A program made the position numbers and the translations under genes. Shown piece after piece: positions 38,468-50,582 of a stretch of 54,259 nucleotides of DNA. This stretch comes from Prorocentrum cordatum. Its lineage: Eukaryota. The stretch's first letter is position 1; each line of letters begins with the position of its first letter. The notes beneath the pieces were generated by a model. The model ran no database searches, was not told the origin of the DNA, and was given only the letters and a program-made list of their open reading frames with translations. The stretch lies in NCBI GenBank assembly GCA_963575745.1, contig CAUYUJ010000255.1, positions 62,001 through 116,259 on the forward strand, in the 5' to 3' direction.

Positions 38468-38503
<36 letters not shown>

Positions 38504-40151
38504 AGAAAGAGAAAAAAAAAAAAAGGAAAGAGAGAGAAAGAGAGGGATAAATATGCAAAGGGAGAGACATGGGCGCACAGGATCAGTAGGAGGAGGAGGA
38601 CGCGGAGGAGAACCTCCAGACATGTGACGCCTCTCCCACGTCGGGGCACTCGTGGAGGGCCCTCGACTCGCCGCCACGGCTGCATCTGCCTCACACCTCT
38701 CGCCAGACCGCAGAGCCGCGGGGGCGAGATCGTGACTGGAGGGGGAGGAAGACGAGGAGGAGGAGGAAGAGGAGGAGGGGGAGGAGGAGGAGGGGGAGGA
38801 GGAGGAGGAGGAGGGAGGAGGAGGGGGAGGGGAAGGAGCAGCAGGAGGAGGATCGGCGTGGAGGTCGAGAGGGGGGGGGGCCGAGGGCAGAGGGCCGGCG
38901 CGGAGAGCCCGCCGGGGGAGCCCGGGCACGGGGCCGAGGTCCAGACGGAGGCCCAGGTGGAGGTCGGAGAGAAGGTTTGAGCAGGGACCGACCGTCCCGG
39001 CATTCCTATAATGTGGGGTGACGATTAAGAAAAAAAGGAGGGGGGAACGATGAAGAAAATAGTTTCCCACACCGGGGGGGGACGCTCAGAAGCAGGGCTC
39101 GCCTGTGCGGTGTTTCGTCACCGGGGGGGGCGCGCGCCCGAGGACGGCGGGGGGGGGACGATTAAAAAAATAGTTTCCCAGCCCGGGGCCGGTTTTTTCC
39201 AATCATCATCCTGGGCGCCGCCGCAAGAACACGACCCCCGGTAATTTTTCAATCATCATCCTCCATTAGTCATACCACCAAATGTTCTTAGAACCCAGAG
39301 ATGTTCTAAGAACAAAAACAAGCTTCTTAGAACATAACCCCCGATGTGACCAAAACGAGACAGACTCCGCCGGAACTGCTCTGAGAACATTTCGTGGGGA
39401 CCACAAGAGGTTCTCAGAACACTGCTTGGTGGGGCGATAGGCGAGCCGGGACGCCTTGCCACTGCTTGAAAGGTCGACAACCACCAGGCAAACGCTTCCC
39501 CGAGCGTCTGCCCCTGGGGGAATGGGGTCCTGGGGCCAGGCAGCTGGGATCCCGGACGCTGGCGCCAGGGTATGGCCCCCCATCTCCTTGAAGTTACCAG
39601 CCTGGAACATATCCCTATCCTCGCCCTTCTCTTCCACCTTCTTCTCGTCACCCTCGTCCTTCACATCATCATTTTTTCTGCCGGGTGCTAAAGACATCGT
39701 TCGGCGAAAATGGCCCCTCGGAATATTGAATAAAATTGCGGTGCTAAGATATCCCCCGGGGGGGTCTTAATTGCTTCTTCGGGTTATGCTGGGCACCTCC
39801 TCATCACGATGCCAATCTTAGGGATTCCCTTATTTTTTGATGGCAATCCCTAAGATTGTCATCGCCTTCTGGCGTGTCAATCTTAGGGAATAGGGATACG
39901 TTCGAGGCTGGTAATGAAGCACGCCCTGCCCGTGGATGGGGTAGCACCACCACCCCGCCCCACGGACACGGCGGCACACCTTGCACCGACTACCGCTCGG
40001 AGTGGTCAGACAGCTGCGAGAGACGAGGTGTGGGTTTGTCTTCTGGCATTGTGTCCGCTCGCATCTTGAATCGAGACGCTCAAGACGGATTCTGGGTAAC
40101 GCTGCAGCAGATCAAGAGGCTGAAGCTGCGTGCAGCAGCAACTCAAACCAC

Positions 40152-41000
40152 AATTCGCCGGCCCAACGGGCCAGATGCGTGCTAAGATCTCCGGTAACTG
40201 CTTTAGAGTATTTCTGTTTCGCGCGCGAGGGGCGGCCCCTGGGGGTCCCCGGAGGAAAAGTACCCCGGCAGGATCGGATCAGAGATGGTTTTCCGTCTGG
40301 GCGCCGCCCTCGAGACCCTCCAGAGAGCCCCAAGAAGGGTCAAGAGGCCTCCAAGAGGCCTCCAAGATGTTACAAGAGGGCTCGAAGATGCCACAAGGTC
40401 GCTCCAAGACGCCCAAGATTGCCCCCAGACGCCCCAAGAGGCCTCCAAGAGCACTCTCAAGAGGGCCCAAGATGCAACAATCATTGCTTTTCCTTCGATT
40501 TTGGAATGATTCTGGTGTTTCCACCTTTTCGGCTTCCCGACGCCCCAAGACCGCCCAAGAAGCCCCCAAGATCGCCCCAAGACGGCCCAAGAGGGCCCCA
40601 AGAGGGCCCCAAGACGGCCCAAGAGGGCCCCAAGACAGCCCAATGGGGACCCTAGAGCACCCCAAGACGGCCCAAGAGGGCCCCAAGAGGGCCCCAAGAC
40701 GGCCCAAGAGGGCCCCAAGACGGCCAAAGAGGCCTCCAAGACGGCCCAATGGGGCCCCTAGAGCGCCCCAAGAGCGGCCCCAGAGGGGGAGCACGAAACA
40801 ACATTTCGAGCCCTCGGTCCTGAAAGGCCTCCAGGAAGCCCCAAAACGCCCCTGAGAGGCCCCAAGAGGCCCCCAAGAGCTCTCAGGAGGCCCCCAAGAC
40901 GCCCTCAAGAGGCCCCCAAGAGGCTCTAAGAGGCACCTTGGAGGCCCTAGGAGGCCCCCAAGAGTCCCCCACGGGCCGGCGGAATGAGCGAAGCGATTCG
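40152..41000 (+). mobile_element. CCCAAG-minisatellite element with sub-terminal IR and 3' GCGAAGC hairpin (Helentron/DINE-like)
   Basis: cgccggccc (40156-40164) pairs with gggccggcg (40973-40981), followed by aatgagcgaagcgatt. The internal core tttcggctt.ccgacgc.ccaagac is shared with 7827-7850. Confidence 0.6.
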
Positions 41001-41901
41001 ATAATCAGACCACACGCGTGCACATTTGGCCAAAAGAAGAAGCATCCCTCATCCGTCACAGATGCTCGAGGGCAACGCTCGACGCCACTCGGAAGAAGAA
41101 AGACCCCAGCCGGACCGTGTGAAGCAGAGGAACCCCCCTAGGGGACTCTGAGGGCGACCCACTCCCTCCCAGTCGTCGTCCTGGCCACTCACACCTCCGT
41201 ATGAAGGGCGGGAGAATGCGTTCGCGGAGCTGCAGCCCGGGCTCCAACTTAGGTCGATCCTTCTGGGTCGATCTGTCTAGGCTATTACTGGAAGAAGTGA
41301 ACGGAGGCGGGCGGGCTGCATTCTCTCCCTGAAGAGGTTCGCCTTCACTTGGCTGGTGGGTGCGTTGGCAACTCGCACCAGGCGAAGGGGGAGTCAGGTT
41401 TCAACGTGTGGTTGCGCATGCTTCTTTGGACTCGGGCAGTGCCTCAGCCATTGCTGCCGCTGGGGTCCTATGACGCAGTTCTCGCCTCACCCTCTCACCC
41501 TTGCACCCCGCCTCCTCCTCTCCCTTCTCCGCCTCTTCTCAATCCTGCTCCCACCTCTCCTCCTACCCGTCTCCCTGCGCTCTCTCGCATTTTGTGGGCC
41601 CCGGAAACGGCAGGGCCGTTTTTTTCACCGTTTCCAAAAAAAGTCCCTTGAAAATGAAAACGGCAAAGAAACGGCGACCGGAAACGGCAAAAAAACGGCT
41701 CCAGGATTGGAGCCGGAGCCGAACCAGTCAAACAACGGCGACGGAACCGGTAACAATTATCCCGGCAAAGCAACCTAACAGCGATGTGTAGGAGCATATC
41801 TGGAAGCATCCCCCTTAAGATTCAGATGAGAATCCAGTTGTAGAGTTCTGCTGTTCTCGCAGTCGTAGTCGCATTCGCGATGACAGTCGCAGTGGCCTGC
41901 A

Positions 41902-43280
41902 TTAGCCTCAGCCTCAGCCTCAGCCTGCCTCAGCATCAGCCTCAGCCTCAGCTTCAGCCTGCCTCAGCCTCAGCCTCAGCCTGCTCCTGCATCAGCCTCA
42001 GTCTGCCTGCAGCCTCGGCCTCAGCCTCAGCCTGCCTCAGCCTGCCTTCAGCCTGCCTCAGCCTCAGCCTCAGCCTCAGCCTACCTCAGCCTCAGCCTGC
42101 CTCAGCCTCAGCCTCAGCCTTCAGCCCAGCCTGCTTCAAGCTCCTAGCCTCAGTCTGCCTTGCCCCTCCCCATCCCAGACCGGACCCCTCTGCACAGCCC
42201 ACCACCAGCCTCGCGCCTCAGCCTCAGCCTGCCTCAGCCTCAGCCTCAGCCTGCTTCAGCCTCAGCCTCAGCCTCAGCCTTCAGCCTCGGCCTCAGCCTC
42301 AGCCTGCCTCAGCCTCAGCCTGCATCAGCCTCAGCCTCAGCCTCAGCCTGCCTCAGCATCAGCCTGCCTCAGCCTCAGCCTCAGCCTGCCTCAGCCTCAG
42401 CCTCAGGCTGCTTCAGCCTCAGCCTCAGTCTGCCTTCAGCCTCGGCCTCAGCCTCAGCCTGCCTCAGCCTCAGCCTCAGCCTGCCTCAGCATCAGCCTGC
42501 CTCAGCCTCAGCCTCAGCCTGCCTCAGCCTCAGCCTCAGCCCAGTCTGCCTTCCGTCTCCCAACTCAGCTCTCAGGGCCTCAGCCATCGGACCTGCTATC
42601 AGCCTCAGGCCCAGACTCTCAGCATGCCTCAGCGTGCCTTCGGGCCTCCAGCCGCGAGCCGCGAGCCTCGCCTCTGCCTCAGCCTCAACCTCGTCTGGCA
42701 TGAGCCTCGGCTTCAGTCTCCAGCCTCAGCCTGCTTCAGCCTCAGCCTCAGTCTGCCTTCAGCCTCAGCCTCAGCCTGCCTCAGCCTTCAGCCTGCCTCA
42801 GCCTCAGCCTGCCTCAGCTTCAGCCTGCCTCAGCCTCAGCCTGCCTCAGCCTCAGCCTCAGCCTGCTTCAGCCTCAGCCTCAGTCTGCCTTCAGCCTCGG
42901 CCTCAGCCTCAGCCTGCCTCAGCCTCAGCCTGCATCAGACTCAGCCTCAGCCTCAGCCTGCCTCAGCATCAGCCTGCCTCAGCCTCAGCCTCAGCTTGCC
43001 TCAGCCTCAGCCTCAGCCTCGGCCTGCTTCAGCCTCAGCCTCAATCTGCCTTCAGCCTCGGCTTCAGTCTCAGCCTGCCTCAGCCTCAGCCTGCATCAGC
43101 CTCAGCCTCAGCCTCAGCCTGCCTCAGACTCAGCCTGCTTCAGCCTCAGCCTCAGCCTGCCTCAGCCTCAGCCTCAGCCTGCCTCAGCCTCAGCCTCAGT
43201 CTGCCTTCAGCCTCGGCCTCAGCCTCAGCCTGCCTCAGCTTCAGCCTGCAGCAGCCTCAACATCAGCCTGCATCAGCATT
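41902..43280. repeat. (CTCAGC)n / CTCAGCCTGC minisatellite
   Basis: Direct reading. It explains the 582-aa and 414-aa ORFs. Confidence 0.97.
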
Positions 43281-43283
43281 AAA

Positions 43284-43622
43284 AAATGTGGCCCGGGAAT
43301 GGAGTTCTGGGAACTCGAAGACCACGAAGTGGCCTACAGTTGGCTCCGGGAATTCAAAATCATGCCCAGGAATGGAGTTCTGGGAAGTCACAAGAGCACG
43401 ATAGTCGCAGGGCGGGATTCCTGCCGGGCATCCAGGCTGTGGACCGGGAATGGAGTTCTGGGAACTCGAAGACACGAAGTGGCCTACAGTTGGCTCCGGG
43501 CATCCAAAATGTGGCCCGGGAATGGAGTTCTGGGAACTCGAAGACCACGAAGTGGCCTACAGTTGGCTCCGGGCATCCAAAATGTACGCCGGGAATGGAG
43601 TTCTGGGAACTCGAAGACCACG
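43284..43622. repeat. About 73-bp tandem repeat, 5 copies (core GGAATGGAGTTCTGGGAA)
   Basis: Core at about 43296, 43369, 43447, 43519 and 43592. Confidence 0.9.
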
Positions 43623-44043
43623 CTTTGATCGTCGGGTGGCTGTAAGTGCGGTAAGAGCGTTCATCTTACATAATCTTAGTTAAGCCATAGAACGTACACT
43701 TGTTGATCGCGCATCTCATGTGTGCATATGCAAGACTTATGGTGTTTGTAAGTGTAGATGTAAGTAATATACTAAGTTAGATATCTCTGCTAAGTCGATG
43801 GGGCTGAACATATTCGTGTTTTTGCTAATCATTTGCGTATTTTTTATTCTTAACTTTTTTGAAATCCATTGAATTTCCGTTGTTGTTGTTGTTCAGTTGT
43901 TCAGGACCGAGGCGCCGCAGGTATTTGCTGCACCTCGCGGCCGCGGCGCTGCGGGCTGCGCGCATGCCCGCGGGGAGGGGGGAGGGAAGGAGGAAAATGT
44001 TTATCCATGTGTCTTCGGCCCTCCCTTATCCCACCTTTCCTTA

Positions 44044-44394
44044 GGCGGCGCACCGCCTTCTCCTCCGTCGCCTCGTCCTCCGTCGGCGGTAATCCGCCTT
44101 CTCCCCCCCCCATGGCGGCAATCCGCCTTCTCCCCCTCCGTGGCGGCAAACCGCCCTTCTGGCGGCAAACCGTTTTCTCCTCCTTTGGCGGCAAACCGCC
44201 TACCCCTTCTGGCGGCAAACCGCCTTCTCCTCCTCTGGCGGCAAACCGCCTACCCCTTCTGGGGGCAAACCGCCTACTCCTCCTCTGGCGGCAAACCGCC
44301 TTCTCCTCCTCGCGGCGGGAAACCGCTTCTTCCCAACCGCCCTATCGGCGGCTTGCTTTGCCGCCTCCTTCCACCCCCTCGGCGGCAAGCCGCC
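44044..44394. promoter_or_regulatory. Palindrome cluster A: about 12 copies of GGCGG-N4-CCGCC upstream of gene 1
   Basis: Copies at 44044, 44085, 44114, 44142, 44187, 44211, 44237, 44287 and 44381, plus imperfect copies at 44161, 44261 and 44314. The regulatory role is inferred. Confidence 0.6.
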
Positions 44395-44801
44395 CACCCC
44401 TTTCCCCCCTCCCCTCCCTGGCCTCTCCTTGACCCACCCTCCCCCATAGCTCTCTTCTTCCCCCCCGCGCACCCTTCGGCCCCCCCTCCCCCGCCCCCCC
44501 TTCGACACCCTCTCCCCCCTGCGCCCCCCCTCACCCAGGAGGAGGAGGAGGAGGAGGGAGAGGAGGAAGAGGAGAAGGAGGAGGAGGAGGAGGGGGAGGA
44601 GGGGGAGGAGGGGGGGGAGGAGGAGGAGGAGGAGGAGGGGGAGGAGGAGGAGGAGCAGGAAGAGCAGGAGTAGGATATGTCCGTCGCACGCGCGTTGGCT
44701 CGATCCGTTTTGGGCGAGCCCTCCTCCGAGGGCTTCGGGCGGCGTGCGCGCGCGGGGAGTCGCGCACTCCGCTCGGCGCGCGGTCGCGCCGCATCGCTGC
44801 C

Positions 44802-46899
44802 ATGGAGGGCATCCTTCGAGGCCGCCTGGAGGAGTCGCGGGCGGCGTTCGTAGCGCGCGGCAGTGCGACGGAGCACCTTCCTGCCTGCATCCAGGCGGCG
44901 ACGTCCCAGCGCTGGTCGCAGCTCCAGAGTGCGCAGTTTGCTGCTTTGGGCTGCGGCGTGGGGTGGGCGCAGTCCGAGCTGGGAGACTTCTTGCAGGCTC
45001 TGTCGTCGGGCAGCCTGCAGGGGAGGAAGCTCCAGAACTACGAGGGGTTCATTGAAATTCTGACGCCTCAGTTGTGGGAGTTCGTGCTCTCGCCGCATTC
45101 GGGCTTCACTGCCAAGATGGCGGCGTTCTCAGAGCACCTCGGGGCGCTTGGCCTGAGGCATCCGAGCTGCCCGACGGCCGCCAATATGGCAGCATTCTTG
45201 TTGCTGGTGTGCAAGCAGACAGGCGTGGAGACGGGCGAGATCACGAGGGAGCTGTTGCAATCATATCTGGCCACAGTGAAATCCTCGTTCAAGAATCTCG
45301 TGGCGACGATGCCGCCGCCCAGGGATGGCATCCAGGCTCTCCCCATCACGCCTGGGAGGCTCCAGTCTCAGTACCCCATCACGTACGTCGACGCCGTCCC
45401 GCCAGGTGTTGGAGCGACGGCGCCGCAGATAAATCCCGTCGAGATGGTGACGATTGCGAAGCTGATTAATCTCCGTGCAGGGAAGAAGAGCGGCCACCTC
45501 GCGCTGCCCGCGCCTGCGCCCGCCCGCGGCGGGCTGCAGCCATCCCACGGCCCAGGCGGTGGCTCTCCTCAGCAGCACCTCCCCATCGCGGCGGCCGATT
45601 CGTTCTCTGGGCGCTAGCCGACGGCTCCACGGGAAATAACAGAACGCATTCCCCCGCGGGACACCTGGTATTGGGTCGAGGGGTGGGTTCCTGGATCGGC
45701 GCGGGGTACGTTTCTGGATGCCTGGTTGGAGGGCGTGTTGTGAAATATTCCCCCCCCCCCCATCCCCCTAGGGGGATGGGGGGGGGGGAATATTTTCGTT
45801 CGGCGGTGATCCGCCTGATTCCAGGTGGGGCTTTCGCGCAGCGGCGGCCGCTGGCCCAACCCAGCCATCCAGCTGATCGACCGCTCGCAGACGCAGCAGC
45901 CGCAGGAGCCGTTGCAAGAACGAGCAGGTTCGATCCACCAGCTTTCGATGGCGGCGGGGAGTTCGGATGCGCCGTCGACGCAGCAACTGGCGGCACACGA
46001 TGGCGGCAAACCCGCCGACTGTCAGCCGTTATCGAGCACCGCCGCCGCCCAAACGGCCTCGATCAGCAAGAGCCGCGCGGCGAAGAAGCAGAAGAAGCAT
46101 GCGCTGCCGATCGAGCTCGACTCCGACTCCGACTTCGGCATCGTCGCCGTGACGCCGCCGCCCAAGGCTGAGAAGGTCGGCATCGCCGCAGGCTCTCTGA
46201 AGAAGACCCCGACGGAGGCGGCTCTGGCATGGTCGCGGCCATGGATAAGAGGACGAAGGCGGTCAAGACGAAAAAGAACGCTGAGGCGGTGAAGGCCCCC
46301 ACGCTTGCCACGGGCAATGCTGCTAAGAAGACGACGCCGCCTGGCAATGACAACGCGGCAAAGAAGACGACGCCGCCTGCCACGGGCAACGTGGCTAAGA
46401 AGACGCCGCCCCCCACGGGCAAGAAGACGGACGGCGCGGCTGGGAAGGACAAGCAGCGCAAGTGGGCGAAGCCGAGGTGGGAGATGCAGACCACACGCAA
46501 CTTGGCGAGCGGGGTTGGACCTCCCACCGATGAGGCGTCGGGCGCGCGCGGCGATTCCCAGCAGCCCCGCTGGGGTCGCAGTTTGCGCGCCCGCCGCCTT
46601 TCAGGCGACTGTTCATCGTTGCTCCGCCCCCCAGGTGCAGTTCCGCAGCGGCAGGGTCGGCGCCCCTGGCAGCAACGTCAGCCTGAAGTTCATCGCGGGC
46701 GATGAGGCCGACAAGGCCAGATTCTCACCGACGCCCTTCTCGACGCCCTCCTCCGCGCTCTCTTCATTTTCGCCCCTGCCTCGACGCCCCCTCCGCCCCC
46801 TGCTGCCTCGTTGCGCCCGATCGCTCCGAGGCCAGGGCCGTCGCGGAGGCGGAGGAGCTGGTCAAGAAGGAGCTCGCCGCCAGGGCGCGCGGCGAGTAA
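44802..46899 (+). CDS. Cassette gene 1: multi-exon hypothetical protein with K/T/P-rich region; probable frameshift
   Basis: GCCATGG start. Exon 44802 to about 45610, exon from about 45825, frame slip near 46228, and GC-AG introns 46505-46634 and 46716-46830 that join RNL|VQFRSGRVG...DK|ARAVAEAEELVKKELAARARGE in frame. First intron donor uncertain. Confidence 0.6.
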
Positions 46900-46963
46900 T
46901 TCGCGCTACGACTCTTCAACTCTCCAGGCCAACGGGGCGGCCTCGGGATAACAAAAAGGTCGT

Positions 46964-47093
46964 GGCGGATATGCAGCCTCGTGGCGGATATGCCGCCTTG
47001 TAGCGCAGCCTTCTCGCCTTCCAACTCGTGGCGGACATGCCGCCCCCGCCCCACCCCTTTGCGCTCCTCCGCCCTTCAGGCGGACATGCCGCC
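46964..47093. promoter_or_regulatory. Palindrome cluster B: GGCGG-ATATG/ACATG-CCGCC x4 upstream of gene 2
   Basis: 46964 (imperfect), 46983, 47030 and 47079. Confidence 0.6.
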
Positions 47094-47662
47094 GCCCCCC
47101 TCCCCTACTCGGCCCACTCCGCGCCCCCGCGCCACGTCCCTGCGCCCCCCTCTCCGCTGTCAGGCACTGGATCCCACGCCAACTAACGTCGGGGAGACGC
47201 CCACTGCTCGAACGGCGAAGGCGTTCACCAGAATGGCATGGGCGCGCGCGAAGGCACCGACGTTGCCACCGCCCGTTCAACGACGAAAACAAGTGAACCA
47301 AGACCTGCACATTCAAAGGGACGCCAGTTCACTTATATTTCTGGTTCCCAATGCCACCCCCACTCTGCCCCCTCCCCCGGGACCCCGTCGCAAGAACCAG
47401 CGGGGCCCTTCTGAGAGGCCCCCGAGGGCTCGAGGAGCTCCAAGACTTCAATGGGTCCATGGGCAACCCCCTCCCCCTCCTCCCGAAGTCTCGCTTCCGC
47501 GTCCGATTCCATTTCGGTTCGAGCCCGCGGCCCGCGGGTGCCCGCGAGCCCGCGCGGGGTCGGCCCCCCCCTTTCGCGCCGACGCGTGGGCTGGGGCCCG
47601 CGCGCCGAGGCTGCGCCGCAGCCACCGCGTCGCGCTCGGCGCCTCGCACTGCGGCCGCGGCC

Positions 47663-48706
47663 ATGGCAGACAGCGACCGCGCGTTCGACGCGTTGGAGGC
47701 AGCTGCATCGCCAAAACAAGTGGCCCCGCGTGCGGTAGCCAGGGACGCGCGCATCGCGCGCGAAACTGGCTGGCCGCTCTCGGTCGAACGGGTTTGGCGA
47801 TTCGGCGCAGGAGATGTTCGGGCCAGCGATGCAGTTGCTCTCCGACCTTGCGGGCGTGGACAACAACGCAGGGGATCGGTCTTCCTCCGCCAGCGGCAGT
47901 CGGCCAGCCAGCGCGACCACGTTGGCGGCGCAGCCAGCGCGATCGCGCAGCCCGCGCCACCCGCGGGCACCGTCGACGCCGCCGCGCAGGCGGGGGCCGA
48001 CGTCACCGCCGCGGGACCCGCGGCAGCGGCCTTTCCCGCCCTCGGCTCTCGTGAAGGAGCTCGCGTCGCACATGCGGGGCGCGACGCCTGTGGTGGAAGA
48101 GCCCCCCGAGGCGGTGGAGGCGCATCCAGCGCGGTGGAGGCGTTCAGGGCGCAGCTGCGAGCCTGGCTGAGCGACCCCGTTGGGAATCCCATCGACTGGC
48201 GGTCGGAGAACGTGCTCGCCGTGCTCAAGGAGTACCAGATGAAGTACGACTACAAGAAGTTCCGCGACCGCGGCCCGCCTGGCCCCGCCATGGGCGGGCC
48301 GCAGACGTGGCAGGGCCAGGAGTGGCGCGCCAATGCGAAGCGCTGGGGGAACCGAGGTGGCGCAAAGCGCGAGATGTACGCGAAGCTGCACGGCAACAAG
48401 GCAGCGCCGCGGGTGCGCGAGGCGCACGTCCCCAAGCCCCAGCTGATGCATCGGGAGCCCAAGGCGCCGAACTTGCCCAAGACGATGCCTCAGCAGGCGC
48501 CGTGGAGGACTGGCAATATGAACACTCCAGTTCCGCCTCCGCCGCCGAAGACCATGGGGCCGCCGCCGCCGAAGACCAGGCAGCCGCCAGCAGGGAAGCC
48601 CAGCATGGTGCAGCCGAGGGCAGGGCGTCGGCTGCAGCCGACAAGCAAGATGGCCCCACCGCCAGCGAAGCCGCGCCCGCCCGCCCGCCGAGATGTCTTC
48701 TTGTAG
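47663..48706 (+). CDS. Cassette gene 2: hypothetical protein with WQGQEWRANAKRWGNRGG motif and Pro/Lys-rich tail
   Basis: GCCATGG start in frame with ORF 47351..48706. SL-like 22-mer at 47502-47523. Coding-like composition in 48130-48420. Confidence 0.6.
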   Translation: MADSDRAFDALEAAASPKQVAPRAVARDARIARETGWPLSVERVWRFGAGDVRASDAVALRPCGRGQQRRGSVFLRQRQSASQRDHVGGAASAIAQPAPPAGTVDAAAQAGADVTAAGPAAAAFPALGSREGARVAHAGRDACGGRAPRGGGGASSAVEAFRAQLRAWLSDPVGNPIDWRSENVLAVLKEYQMKYDYKKFRDRGPPGPAMGGPQTWQGQEWRANAKRWGNRGGAKREMYAKLHGNKAAPRVREAHVPKPQLMHREPKAPNLPKTMPQQAPWRTGNMNTPVPPPPPKTMGPPPPKTRQPPAGKPSMVQPRAGRRLQPTSKMAPPPAKPRPPARRDVFL

Positions 48707-48868
48707 GGTGATCGCGTGGACCTGCAAGCGGGCTGGGGTGCATAGCTTCCGTAATTCGAGCGCGGATAGTTGCAGCGATCCGCGCTGACGCGTCATGACG
48801 CGCCGCCTCTCCCCGCCTCGTCTCATCTCATCTCTCCTCCCCTCTCTTCGTTGCCGATCTATCTCATT

Positions 48869-49099
48869 GGCGGACGTGCCGCCTCCCCCCGCCTGGCGGA
48901 CAACCGCCGTTCAGATACGAGCATCGGCGCATCGGGTTTGTTCTATGCGGTTGGAAAAAAACACCAGTCCTTCCCTGTGCCACCCATTGGCGGCTAAACC
49001 GCCCTGAAGCCTCCATTGGCGGCCACGCCGCCCATTGGCGGCTAAACCGCCCATTGGCGGCCACGCCGCCCTGAGCCCTCCATTGGCGGCTAAACCGCC
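48869..49099. promoter_or_regulatory. Palindrome cluster C: GGCGG-N4/5-CCGCC x7 upstream of gene 3
   Basis: 48869, 48895, 48989, 49018, 49037, 49056 and 49085. The last five are each preceded by CCATT. Confidence 0.6.
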
Positions 49100-49258
49100 G
49101 CCGCCGCATGCTGGCATCCCGAAATGTGCGATGCCACCGCGCCTCTTACACATGTATGTTTTTGTTGTTGGGACGCTGTATCGGCTCGAATCAAGGCGCG
49201 CACAGGCTCGCGCCCCACGCCGCCCCTGCGCTAGCCGTGCACTTCTCGCCCTGCCGCC

Positions 49259-49897
49259 ATGGCAGGCCAGCAGGGCGAGAAGACCGTCATGTTCGGCTTC
49301 AAGTGCCCACAGAGCAGCAGCTGCAAAAGGGGCGGCAAGTGGTTCCAGGGAGAGACAGCGGAGGCGGCCAGGAACAAGCTGGTGAACCACCTTCGCGTGT
49401 CGCCGTACCACGACTTGAGCGAGGACGAAGCGGAGGTAGCTGCTGTCGCACTCGAGCCCGGCTCGTGGGAAGTCGACCTCGCGGAGTGGCGCCAATGGGA
49501 GGAGGAGAAGGCCAACTGGGGCTCCGCCAAAAGGCGCAAGGGGGCGCCGAAGGTCGAGCTGGCGCCAATCCCTCCACAATCCCGCGTGGAGCGCTCGCAC
49601 CAGCTGAAGGACGCGTTCTCGGGGGGCAGCGGATCGTCAGGCGCAGCTTCGTCAGCCACGGCGGGCATGAGGATGTCCACGGCGTTGGCCAGCCAGAAGT
49701 CGCCCGATAGCATCGTGGTGCTCAACGGCACCCAGTGCCAGGCTGTGCTCGACTCGTTGCGCCGCGCGCGTACTGCGACGCAGATGTGCGCCCAGATATC
49801 GGAGCGCGCGGTGAACGCTTTCCGCCAAGAGGAGCAATGCATCGCCGAGTGCGAGGACGTGCTCGCGAGCTGGCTGGTGCGCAACGCGACCTCGTAG
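49259..49897 (+). CDS. Cassette gene 3: hypothetical protein with C2H2-like N-terminal motif and C-terminal helical/coiled-coil region (212 aa)
   Basis: GCCGCCATGG start. CPQSSSC...NHLRVSPYH. Amphipathic C-terminus DSLRRARTATQMCAQISERAVNAFRQEE. Strong G/C at third codon positions. Confidence 0.8.
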   Translation: MAGQQGEKTVMFGFKCPQSSSCKRGGKWFQGETAEAARNKLVNHLRVSPYHDLSEDEAEVAAVALEPGSWEVDLAEWRQWEEEKANWGSAKRRKGAPKVELAPIPPQSRVERSHQLKDAFSGGSGSSGAASSATAGMRMSTALASQKSPDSIVVLNGTQCQAVLDSLRRARTATQMCAQISERAVNAFRQEEQCIAECEDVLASWLVRNATS

Positions 49898-50582
49898 GTG
49901 CAGGTGCACGGCTGGCAGCACTGATGTCGCCTCAGCATCAGTAGCCTCATTCGCGCAGGCGGCGCGACGCGTCGGCCCTACACGCCCCCCTCCCACTCCT
50001 CCAAAGCAATTTCAATCCACACCCCTGTGTCAGAACAAATTAGGACACCCCCACACACTCCATCCGCACTCAATTCGTGAAGGCCGCCACGCCGAGGTGA
50101 ATTTTGGCCACGCAGGCGGCCGAGTAGCCGTCCCCCAATGCCAGGCGATATGGGGGCGAGTGGACGAGCGGAGCGGGAGGAAGGTGAGGGAACTTCGGCG
50201 GATAAGACAGGTGGGCGGTTGGATGGGATTTGGCAAAAGGGCTGGGTGGAGAAAACTGCATCCGCATAAGAATGAGTGCGGCTATTTTCTGGATGTGCTG
50301 CATCGCCATGTCCGCCCACCCCCCCATCGCCTTGCATGTGATGACGCTCAGGCAGCGCGCCCCGATTGCGCGCGCTCGCCCGTCTCTTCGCTGCCGCTCA
50401 GGCAGCGCGCCTCGCTTCCGCGCTCGCCCGTCTTTTCGCTGCCGCTCAGGCAGCGGTTTGAAGCACGCGGCGCCGTCCGCGGTCGGTAGCGCAGGGCGCC
50501 GCTCCGCCCCTGCTGCTCCGCTTAACTCACTCGGCGGACGTGCCGCTACGCCGCCGCCATGCACTGGCAAAAAAAAGTTGGC

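Noticed and set aside
43284..43622. CRISPR-like array
   Set aside because: The intervening sequences are near-identical, not unique spacers. No cas genes are present and the context is eukaryotic.
41880..43628. 582-aa and 414-aa ORFs (PQ/SL/AS repeats)
   Set aside because: They are translations of the stop-free (CTCAGC)n satellite, with no domain signal.
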